Source: an uncultured Lachnospiraceae bacterium (lineage in GTDB: Bacteria; Bacillota; Clostridia; Christensenellales; UBA1242). Taken from it: a stretch of DNA of 64,000 bases. The notes below the pieces were generated by a model. The model was not told where the DNA came from, did not search any database, and saw only the letters and a list, made by a program, of their open reading frames with translations. This document shows positions 14,229 through 25,100 of this stretch, piece after piece. The stretch covers positions 156-64,155 of the forward strand of contig CAZIRI010000003.1 of the NCBI GenBank assembly GCA_964541815.1, written 5' to 3'. The position numbers and the translations under genes were made by a program. Position 1 is the first letter of the stretch. Every line of letters starts with the position of its first letter.

Positions 14229-14428
14229 ACTTGAACTTGTGAATAATTTTCAGTTGTTGCGATGTTGTCGAGTTTGTTTTTCATCTCGTCAATTTTCGCT
14301 TTTTTGTTTGAAAGTATCACGATTGTGACAAGCGTTGCAATGACGAGAAAAATTATGAGTGCAAACATAATAAGTTGCGTCACACTAAACTTTTTCCACC
14401 ACTTGTTTTTCTTTTTTTCTTCTTCCAT
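14210..14428 (-). CDS. Small bitopic membrane protein, DivIC/FtsB-like by position and architecture
   Basis: 72 aa: a basic N-terminus, one TM helix (LIMFALIIFLVIATLVTIVIL) and a short coiled-coil tail. It sits directly after yabP-yabQ, as divIC does in Bacillus. Confidence 0.45.
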   Translation of the reverse strand: MEEEKKKNKWWKKFSVTQLIMFALIIFLVIATLVTIVILSNKKAKIDEMKNKLDNIATTENYSQVQVIDLQN

Positions 14429-14741
14429 TGAGTTTATTGTAGCATATTTGTTTTATTTTTGTAAAGAAAAAATGCGTAATGAATTTTGATGTAAAAATTG
14501 AAATGGCAAAAATTGCGAATGTGTAGAATCTCATTTGTCCATAATTGATGAATAGATTTGTGATATAAAAACATATCAAGGTGAAAAATAAGGTGAAAAA
14601 GTCGAAAAAATATAAAAAAATCTTGATTTTTATACGCTTTTTGATTGTGTTTGCAATTTCAAACAAAAAACCGCATACAAATCCACAAAAAAGAAACCAT
14701 AAAACGATTGTGACTTGCGACAAAGTTTCAAACAAAATCAT
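14385..14741 (-). CDS. yabQ: Spore cortex biosynthesis protein YabQ-like
   Basis: 118 aa and very hydrophobic (IVLWFLFCGFVCGFLFEI...). It overlaps the yabP stop, matching the canonical yabP-yabQ arrangement. Confidence 0.6.
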   Translation of the reverse strand: MILFETLSQVTIVLWFLFCGFVCGFLFEIANTIKKRIKIKIFLYFFDFFTLFFTLICFYITNLFINYGQMRFYTFAIFAISIFTSKFITHFFFTKIKQICYNKLNGRRKKEKQVVEKV

Positions 14742-14992
14742 CTAAACAACCTTTTTATAAGGGACAATTTTTCTTCCTTTTTGCAAAATTTGATGTTTGC
14801 AATAGTCCCTGTAATGCAAACAGTTTTGTTTTCCAAATCAAGTTTTGTCACTTCAAGGTCATTTCCAAATATTGTCACCATGCCATGCTCCAAAGTGATT
14901 TGTGATTGTGTTTTTGTGGACGAATTCATTTTGATTGCCCCTTTTATAGTCAACATTTTTCTATCTTCAAGCAATAAACTTTCCATTTTCAC
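14738..14992 (-). CDS. yabP: Sporulation protein YabP
   Basis: 84 aa. LLLEDRKMLTIKGAIKMNS...ITLEHGMVTIFGNDLEVTKLDLENKTVCITGTI matches the YabP pattern (L-x-N-R-x-x-L-x-I-x-G...G-x-L-x-I-x-G-x-x-L-x-I-x-x-L-x-L-E). SD AAGGAG. Confidence 0.8.
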   Translation of the reverse strand: MKMESLLLEDRKMLTIKGAIKMNSSTKTQSQITLEHGMVTIFGNDLEVTKLDLENKTVCITGTIANIKFCKKEEKLSLIKRLFR

Positions 14993-15036
14993 TCCTTTTG
15001 CTTTGACAAATTCAAATTTTTATATATAATATTTAT

Positions 15037-15855
15037 ATGAATAAAAAAGAGATAATAGTAGAAAAAAAGAGAAAAATTGTCCCAATTCTGCAAGATTTTG
15101 GATTTTCTTATGCCGATATTCAAAAAATGCTTCGAAATAAGGATGTGAAAATTGACGGGATTGTTGCAAAAAGGGATGATATCGCAAATGCTGGCTCATC
15201 AGTTGTGTTTTATTACAAAGACGCTGATTTGCAAAAAAAATATGATGTGATTTATGAAAATGAAAATTTTTGTATAATTTTTAAGCGTGCGGGGATAAAT
15301 TCTGACGGAGAAAATGGGCTTGAAGGTGTGATTCCGCATGCAATCGCTGTTCATAGACTTGATAGAAACACGGAAGGTTTGATGATTTTTGCGAAAAATG
15401 AAGAAACGGCAATTATCCTTGAAAATGTATTCAAACAAAAGTTGGTTCACAAGATTTATTTGGCTGAAGTTGTGGGAAAATGTGATAAAAATGGGATTTT
15501 TAAGGCCTTTTTGTTAAAAAATGCGGAAAAATCGACTGTCAAAATATTTAATCACAAAGTTTTGGGTTCGGTTGAGATTGAAACAGGTGTGAAAACTGTG
15601 TCAGTTGGAGAAAAAAGCAGTCTTGTTGAAGTCGAATTGCTCACGGGCAAAACTCATCAAATTCGTGCTCATCTTGCATACATGGGTTTTCCAATTGTTG
15701 GGGATGATAAATATGGGGAATCCGCCGTCAACAAATCTTTTGGAGTAAAATTTCAGCATCTGACTTGTGTCAAATTGTCGTTTGATGATGTTGGGATTTC
15801 TGATTTATCAAACAAGGTGTTTGAGTGTCAGCCTACATGGATAAAAAATAACTAA
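15037..15855 (+). CDS. RluA-family pseudouridine synthase with an S4-like N-terminal domain
   Basis: 272 aa. Catalytic motif HRLDRNTEGLMIFAK, and GKTHQIRAHLAYMGFPIVGDDKYG. Confidence 0.85.
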   Translation: MNKKEIIVEKKRKIVPILQDFGFSYADIQKMLRNKDVKIDGIVAKRDDIANAGSSVVFYYKDADLQKKYDVIYENENFCIIFKRAGINSDGENGLEGVIPHAIAVHRLDRNTEGLMIFAKNEETAIILENVFKQKLVHKIYLAEVVGKCDKNGIFKAFLLKNAEKSTVKIFNHKVLGSVEIETGVKTVSVGEKSSLVEVELLTGKTHQIRAHLAYMGFPIVGDDKYGESAVNKSFGVKFQHLTCVKLSFDDVGISDLSNKVFECQPTWIKNN

Positions 15856-16059
15856 AAAAACAAAAAAATGTAAAAAAAATACATAAAAATTAAGAAAAAA
15901 TTGATTTTTTGTGTATTTTTTATTATTTTTTATATTTTTCAAACTTTTTTATTTATTTTTATAAAGATATTTCTTTGCTAGTGTTTATCGCATTTTTAAT
16001 TGTTTTTATTTATTTTCTATATTTTTATTTATTTATTATTATTTTTCTCGCAATTTTAT

Positions 16060-16089
16060 TTGATAAATTAGGTGGCAAAGTGGTAAAAT
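16060..16089 (+). promoter_or_regulatory. Candidate promoter of giant lipoprotein gene 1
   Basis: TTGATA (16060-16065), an 18-nt spacer, then TGgTAAAAT, an extended -10 (16081-16089). It lies about 50 nt upstream of the ATG at 16139. Confidence 0.35.
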
Positions 16090-16138
16090 ATCTTTGATAT
16101 TTATGAAATTATTTTTCATGATAAATAGGAGATTTTGT

Positions 16139-19100
16139 ATGAAAAAAAGAAATTTTGCCTTTATGTCAATTCTCGCCTTTTTGTTTGGCGGTTTTTTGAC
16201 GGCTTGTGATTTCAAAGACGCAAAAGCAAATTTTCAACAAGAGGAGATTGTTGTGTCAGTTGGCGACAGTGTCAATTTGTATGACTATCTCACTTTTGAA
16301 AATGTGGAAAAGGGCGATATTTCTTTCAAGTGCGAAAATTCGGATATTGTGGCAAGCAGTGCTGGTGAGTTGGTTGCTCTGAGTTCTGGCTCATCGCAAG
16401 TCTATGCGACTTACAAAAACAACCTCTTGTCATCAATCAATGTTTTTGTTCGAGGCTTTTTTGATGCGCCAGCAACAGTGAATTATGTTGATGGTCAATT
16501 GATTTGGTCGCCAGTTTATGCCGAGGATAAAAATGGGGACACTGAATATGCTGGTGGATACATAATTTCTGGGACAAGAACTGCCCCTGACGGAGAAGTT
16601 TCTGAAATAAATGAATTTATTTCGTCAAGCAAGAACAGTATCAATTTCACGGATGCAGGGCATTATGTGATTTCGATTCAAACTCTTGGTGGGATTGGTT
16701 ATTTTGACACAACGAAAGAAGAAAATGCAAAAATCTACACTTTTGATTGTGGTTATATGAAAAAGTTGAAAGCAAGCGACATTGTTTGGGAAAGTGACGG
16801 AAAGTTGTCATGGACGGCTGTTGCAGATGCAAAATACAAGGTCAAAGTGAATGGTGTTGAACTTGGCAACTTGCAAACTGAAACTTCTTACAATTTGTCA
16901 GAGACAATTACAAACGGAACTGCGGATGAATACAACATTTCCGTTGTTGTGTATGATGCAAATGGAAATTTGAATGGCAATCGCTATGAATGTGAAAGTG
17001 AACAAATTGTTGTGAGTAAGTTGAGTTCGCCAACGATTTTATGCGAAAATGGAAAACTTAAAGTTGTTTCACAGCAAGAAGTTGATGAATTTGATTTCAC
17101 ATTCACATCATTGAGCGGGACTGGTGGAATTATTCAAATTAATGAAAAATGCACTGGCAGGGAATACATTGATGCATTTGACACTCTGTCCGCTGGGGAA
17201 TATTTTTTGACTGTGCAAGTCAAAAAGAATGGGCTTTATTTCAGTGGTGACAGTGTGGCTACATTGCAAAAAATTGTCAAACTTTCAAAGGTGACAATTG
17301 AAGGCACGGGAGCAAATGTTGAAAACGGGACTGCTGTAAATGTTTCATTCTCGGCGGGAGATAATGCGTCGTCAAAAATGCAAGTTTCAATCAATGGAAA
17401 CGCAAGCGAAATGGCGACAACTGCCAATTCAATTGATTTTGGTGGCACTGGGACTTATGTTGTGAAAGCGATGCAAATTCCTGACGACACAAACAATGCT
17501 TATGCATTAAATTCCGTTGAAAGTGATGAAGTGACTTTTACCGTGCTTTCTTGGGGTGAAGATAAGCAAATCACACATGCATATGTCGAGGTTGGTGAGG
17601 ACCAAAAAGTTGATGTGTCAAAATTGTCATTTGACAGTGTTGATGGGGCAAGCAAATACACTTTGTTTGTGAAGTCTGCGAGTGTCTGGGAAAAAGTTGG
17701 GGATTGCGAACAAAACGCTTACACATTCAATGGCAAAATTGAAAATTTGTATGATAAAAAGGTTATAGAAAATAAACTCACTTTCAAGGTTGTTGCAAGC
17801 GGAGATGACAAGTCGACCGTTTCAGTGTCAAAAGAGAAAGTCGTTGATGTTTTGCCAAAGGCGGAAGAAGTTGTTAGAAGTGACAACACCTCAAAAACTT
17901 ATCAATGGAGTGAGGTTGCGAATGCGGGCGGATATTTGTTGACAATTTATCGCACAATGAACAGTGATTTGTATGGTGAAACTAGTCCTAATTACGAAAA
18001 TGTTGGTTGGACAGAAAGCGTAAAAACTGTGACCACAAACTCGGTGACTTTGGAAGACTTTGGATATTATCACATTGAAATTCAATCAATTTCAAATGAT
18101 GAAAATTTATATATTTCTTCGCTTGATGTTTTTAAGGGCAAGTTCTACATTTGCGAAAAATTGAGCATATCAAGTGATGATTTTAAGTTTGGATATAACA
18201 GCGAATATAACAAAGAAACTCTTGCAACGGGCGGAATTTGTCATGGATATTTCATTCAAATCAAAAACAGCACGGCAGAAAATATTGTTAAGTATGCGGT
18301 GTCATTGAGTGACGGAGAAAAAACTGAAAGTGGCGAAATAGTAAAAAGCAGTGGAGATTACACTATATACAAATTTGCCAGTGATTTTTCTGGGAGCGGA
18401 AAGACATACACAATTTCAATTGTTGAAAAAAGTGACAATGTCTATGTGAAGACTTCTGACACGGAAGTTGTGAGCAATAAAACTTACTACACGAAGACGA
18501 CGGACAACAACAAAGATGTGTATACTATTGTGACAAGTCCAACAGTTGAGAACATTGGAAATTATTATGAAAAATACACAAAATGTGATGCAACAATTTA
18601 TCTTGATAGCGATGCGGTCACAAAAACAGTTGAGAGATTGAAAAATGTTGAAATAAGCGATATCGTGGTTGGTCAATTGAATTTGTCAGTTTCTTCAAGT
18701 TTGGCAAAGGAAAGCATTTCTCAAAGTCTTTCGCTCAAATCCATTGAAAACGCTTCAACATCGATAAATTGTGGGGAAGATTTTGTGACAAATGGCAGTT
18801 ATGACATTGCAAATATTTCTTCGGGCAATAATGTCACATTCCAATACATAGGTTCTAGGATAAAATCTAATATTTACGAAGTTCAAGACAGCACGATTTA
18901 TTTGAGTGGAGAAAGTCTTGCGGTCGCATTCAAACGAATTGTGACTCCAACAAGTTTGAAATACGAAAAAGGGGAATTGCACTTTACGCTCACTAGTAGC
19001 ACGGGTGTAAATGCGACATATTACAGGGTTTTGATTTCCTTTGTTGATGAAAACCAAAGGGTGTCACGCATTGATGTTTGTGTCCCTCCTGAAAGTGGGG

Positions 19101-22100
19101 AAGTGACAGCGGAATGCGCTGGAACAAAGTATAGCCTAGGGCAGTTGAATTGCTACAACTTTGGCGATAATATTGTCAAAATTAACATCACAACAATTTT
19201 GGAAAAAATTCAAGAAAATGAAGTGTTGGGCAGTTTATACACTCAAGCAAAGGAAGTCGGATTCTCTGCAAGTTGTTTCATAAGTGAGGGGGGTGAAACA
19301 AACAATGGAATCGTTTACAACATTTCTTCACAATTTGCAACCGCCGAAGATAATTCGATTGTGCTAAAAGTTGAAAAATTGGTTGCGCCAAAACTTTCAT
19401 ACACATATGCAAACGGGACTTTGACTTTCAATTGGAATGAAGTTTCTGCAAAGGGTGACACAACATACAGACTTTACACAAATGGGGATGTTTCAGGCTC
19501 ATGCACCGTGACAAAACTTGTAAAGCAGTTTGGAAGCGACATCAGCGATTTGAAGCCAGCAACACAATATATTTTCTATGTGACGGCGATAAATGATTTG
19601 TATCTTGAATCAAGTCGTTCAAACACTTTGACGATATACAAATTGTCGCAAATTGATGCTATTTCTTTGAGTGACGGAAAGATTGTTTATCAACTTAAAG
19701 AAAAGGATTATGCAAGCGGTGTTCAATGCACAACTGATGCAGGAACCCCAACTGTCACAACTGAATCATGCACAATTGTTGGCAAAGGAACTTACAAACT
19801 TTCAGTGAAAGGGCAAGAGAAGAATGTTGAGTATGAGTATGTCAAAACTTCTGACACAAGTGTTGATGAAACAAAAACTTACTACACATTGACAAATGGT
19901 GAATATATCGCTGTGACAAGTCCAGCAGTTGAGAACATTGAAAATTATTATGAAAAATATATAGAAAGTGATGCGACAATTTATCTTGACAGTGATGTGA
20001 CGATTTGGACTGTTGAAGAGATGTCAGAACTTGCACCAACTGACAACAAAGTATCCTTTGCATCAAATTCGATTTCTTGGCAAGAGTTTGCAAGTGGGAA
20101 AACTTTGAATGTTGAATATATTCTTTATTTCAAAGATATAAATGAGAAAATTGTCTCATACAACAACGGGAAAGGTGCAAGTGTCGATTTGACAACATCA
20201 ATTGTAAGAGAAAATTTTGAGAGTTTAGCTTCTGGGGATGTGGAAATTTTTGTGGTTGCAAAACTCAACAACTATTCTGTTTCCAACGGGTCAACAGTGC
20301 AAACAATTTATTTTGCAAATGGTGTGAAATTGCCAAATGGTGAAACGGCAAACAATGTTTATTTATACACAAGCACAACCGTTCGTAAATTGGAAGCACC
20401 TACTGTGACTTCGGTTCAATTTGACGGTGAAGATGCCACGCCAAACATTGTTGTCACATTCACAGGAAATTTCACGGGCGACACAGGCTTTGATATCTAT
20501 TTTGGCGGAGTGCAGATAGATGATGAGACAAAAGATGAAGACGGTGCAACACTTTTTGAAGAGATTGAGATAGAATCAGTTTCAGGCACTGAAAATTCAT
20601 TCTCATTCACCGTGCCATATGCAAGATACAACAGCCTGATTGCAGGTGGAGAAACAAAAATTTTGAAAATTTCTGCGGACAGTGCATCGCAATTCCCATC
20701 ATCAAGTGGGAGTGTTGCAATTTCAAGAGCGGAAAGTGTGAAAAATGTCAAATTTGTCGAAAGCAATGGAAAATTGACAAAAAATGTCGAAATTGAATTA
20801 ACTTCTTCACAATTCACTGCGGGTGGGATTGCTTTGGAAATCACTGCGACACCAGTTTCAGGGAATGCAACAACAGAAGTTGTCAACATTGATTGTTCAC
20901 AAATTGTGGATAACTCTTTGAAATTAAATTATGACTTGTCAACAATTTTGAACAAGGAAGTTTATAAAGATTGTCAAAGTATCCAGTTGAATGCAAGATT
21001 GAAATGTTTTGCAGATGATGCAAACAAGACTTATATTTTGAGTTCGACATATTCATTGATGGATGTTGTCACATACAAAATCATTCCTTGTGTGGATAAT
21101 AGCACTGACTTGAAAAAGACTTCCAGTGGATTTACGATTGACAAGACATATAATGACGCTGACATCTCGTCAAAAGAAATTCAATACATTTTGACAGTCA
21201 CAAAATATAATGACGGCAAAACGGAAACAGAAAGACACAATGAATTCACGATAACTAAAAATGACAATGAAAAATATGAATTTGTCTTCCCTCGTGGTGC
21301 GGAATGGGAAAGTGGAACATACACTTTTGAAATTCAAACAGTATATGTGAATGATGCTTCAGAAAGTGCATCAACAAACAATCTCTTGGATTCGGCAAAA
21401 AGCACTTTCACATGGGAGTTGACAAGGCTTGATATTATTGACGCAAATTCAATCAGTTGCACAAGAGATGCAGACAATCTTTCGCTTGTGACAATGTCAT
21501 GGAATGTTGTTAATGGTGCAAAAGAATATGTTGTTGAGGTTGTGGATGAAAAGGGAGAAACTTTGTGCAGTCACACAATAACAGGGACAACGACTAGGGC
21601 AAGTTGTTCAATGCAAGATATGATTCAAAATGTGGAATATATATCAAGCGACATTCAAGCGACTGTTTCCATTTATGCAAAAAGTGATTTGAGTGAAGGA
21701 ATTGCAGTAAGTTTCCCAATAACAATCAGAGCAAACACACTGATAAGTGAACCAGCAAGTGTTGATGAAAATGGTGTTTTGTGTTTGTCTGTGCAAAAAG
21801 GGATGACATATTTATATAGAATTGTCAATTCGGACGGAGATGATGTCAAAAAGTGGACAAAAGTGACCGCCGAAAGCGACACAGTGAAAATTGACACAAA
21901 TGCACTTACAAAAGGTGTAAATTGGCATGTTGAAATTGCTGTCTATGGAAATGTTGACGGAAATGCTGTCAATCCAACAACAGCGAATCCAGCGATTGTT
22001 GCAGACTCAAAGATTCTTGTGGCAACAAATACATTCATCCCAACTGAAAAAATTTGTTCAATAGCAAGAAACGAACAGGAAGGGAATAAAAATATCATGG

Positions 22101-25100
22101 CAGTGGAAGCACCACAAGAATTCACAAACATTCTTGTTGGATTGAGTGAAGATGCGGTCATGACTGGCGAAGTTGCATCAATAAAAGTGAATTCCATTGG
22201 CTCATCAAAAACCGATGGCTATGCAATTTATGGACTTGCTTTGGGAGATGTGATTTCCGCATTCAAAACGGCGAATATTGATGTTCCAACTTCAAATGAC
22301 CCACAAACAATGTGGCTTTGGATTTACAAAGAATCGACTGAAAATGCAAGATATATTGTTTCGCCAAGTTTTGAGTCACAATTTATATATATGGAAAAGA
22401 CAAGCATAACATATCAAGGCACAGTGAAACTTGGAGATGAGAACACTGAAAAATTTGCGGACACCTATGTCAAGTTTGCTGGCGATAGCACTGCTCTTGG
22501 AATTTATGTGAGAATAACAACCTATGAGAAAGAGAACAATCCAATCACTGTTTTGAAATTCTGTGATAGTAAGAGCATGCTTGAAACAAGCAAAGATGTT
22601 TTTGGTGATGCCAATAATTTTGCAATCAATTTGACAGCGTTGTTTGAAAAAAAAGCTGGCGAGGGTGAAGTTTCTTTGAGAGATGTTGAAGGGGATCTTA
22701 CGATTGAATATGCAAAATTGACCTATTCGACAAGCAACAAGTTGTTTGGGCTTAATGAATGGCTTGGAACGGACGAAAATGGAAAAGAATTTGGATTTTA
22801 TAGACTTTCAAAACCAGGGAATGTCAAACTCTCGGGCGGAGATATTTCTTGGACTGACGGCAATCCAAAATCTTCAAGATATTATGTGTATTTTGCAACC
22901 CAATTGAATGAAGATCAAGACGATTTGGAAAGTGCTAGTCAATATTCATATGTATACACACAAAAAACGAGTTATTCAGCATCTGAATATGCTGGGATTG
23001 AACAAAAATATCATATTGCTGTTCAATCGATAAACAGTGACCCATTTGTGTTGTCATCTTCAAGAGTGTTTATTTCAAAGGATGACGCCATCACTGAAAT
23101 TTACAGAAATCAAGTGAGTGGCGGGTTGGAACTTGTTGGCGGAGCATTGAGATTCAAACTTGCAAACACTGAATTTGCGACAAATTTAGTAGCGTTGGCG
23201 GGTAAGGCTGAGAATGCTTCCGATTCAGATATTGAGGATTTTATGAATGAGACTTATCAAGCCCCTTTCACATTCAAGATTTCTGATTTGTTTGGCGACA
23301 ACATAAGTGTTCGATTGAAATTCACATCTCTTGATGTTGAAACGAACGGGAAATATCAAACATTTGATGTCAAAGCAAAATACTTGCTTCAAAATTTATT
23401 TGATGTGAATTCTGGTTTGGAAGGGAAGTTAAAAACCCTTGCAGACAAAACAAGCAAACTCAATTCGATAAGAGACTTCTTCTCAAGATCAACGGGCGGA
23501 ATTGCAACTCAACAACTTATTTGTGACGAAATTTTCAACTCATTGTCAATTGGGAATTATTCAATTCAATATCAAATTTTGGGTGGCACAAACACATTAA
23601 ATTCATATTGGTATGATTTCTGCAATATAGAAAATGGCAATAGAAACATCATTTATATAAACTCTCAACCTGACTATACAATAAGATGCGAAACTGATGC
23701 GAATGGCAACAATAAATACAGTGTGACATTCAAGAAAACTGATGTTGTGAGTGGTTATGAAAATGTTTACACACTCGTTGAAAATCCAGTCAGCGAAAAG
23801 ATAAAGGCATATTTTGAAAAAACATATGTTCAAACTTCTGACACGGGGATTGTGGACGGAAAAACTTACTACACAAAGACAACGGACAACGACAAAGATG
23901 TGTATACCGTTGTGGAAAGTCCAACAGTTGGCAATATTTCTACTTATTATGAAGAGGAATACACACTCACGACCGACACGGAGATTTCAAGCGAGAAAGA
24001 ATATTATGAATTGACTTCATGCACTCCAATAATGTCACCTGCAACAAGTTATGTGATGAAGTTGTATACATCAAGCGACAGTTATTACACATTTGATTTC
24101 AACGGAATTGATGTTTCTGGAAATGCGACTATGAAAATTGGCGCACAGACAATATATTCGAAAGATGTTGTGAACGAAGGAACTGTCACGGTTTATGATG
24201 CTGACAAAGACGGAAACACAACAGATAAGAGCGGAAATGCAATTGTCGGTGGTGGATATTACAAATTCTATTTGAATTGTGTTGATGATTCGCTTTTGGG
24301 AGTGTTTGGAGATTTGATAGAGAAGTATTCATACAAAATGCAAATTTATGCAGTTGGAACCGATTTCTCATTGTCTTCAAAATCACAATGCTTCAATGTC
24401 ACGTTCCTAGATTTCACAGGACTCTCACTTGAAAATGGTGTTTTGAGTTGGACTAGTGTTGGAACGACAAAAGTTTGGTGCAATTCTAGTTCCACAGATA
24501 AAGGAGGAACATCATCTTATATTGGAACGCTCACTGCAAAAGACGCAATAAATGGAAGACAAAATTTGCCAGTGAGCAAAATGGGTGCTGGCAAATATGA
24601 CAGCATTCAATTCCAAGAAATTGGTGGTGTTTATTCAGAATCTGTGGATGTTGATAGTGTTATTTATCAACTTGACAATGTCTACAAATATTCAGCACCA
24701 ACAGTCTCAACTGAATTGGGCTTGATAAAAATTGACAGCACTGCAAACGATATAGACAATATCTTCTCTCAATCTGGTGTTGATATGAGAATTATCACGA
24801 CTATACGAGAGAAAACAACCTCAAGTGAAGGTTCAGGCGAGGAAAAGGAAGGAGGTTCGGCGGAATTAATTGGAAATCTTGGAAAGATGAGGTCAAATGA
24901 TTCGATTATGTATAACGATGTTTCAACATCTTCTAGCAGACTTATCACACAATCAAAAACTTATGAAGTGGGTGGTTCTTCTGAATATGAAAGGACTGAA
25001 ATGACCGCAACTGAATTTAATGTCGCTACAGTTGGGTCAACGGTTGAGAAATTCGCAAGTGATACGAGTGGGAATTTGTTGATGAAATTGACTCCTATGA

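Noticed and set aside
15909-16097. 62-aa ORF (MCIFYYFLYFSNFFIYFYK...) in the 5' region of giant gene 1
   Set aside because: It is a translation of a poly-T/A-rich low-complexity intergenic region (Phe/Tyr/Ile/Leu only). It has no SD and overlaps the predicted promoter.
16094-16138. N-terminal extension of the giant ORF (MIFMKLFFMINRRFC...) given in the ORF track
   Set aside because: No SD lies upstream of 16094. The ATG at 16139 follows AGGAG at optimal spacing and yields a canonical lipoprotein signal peptide.
20497-20889. Antisense ORFs inside the giant genes (e.g. 20497-20889, 46035-46436, 50094-50450, 29932-30480 in typA)
   Set aside because: All are embedded antisense in long, coherent sense ORFs. 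They have Ser/Phe/Ile-rich composition typical of the reverse frame of AT-rich coding DNA, and none has a start context.
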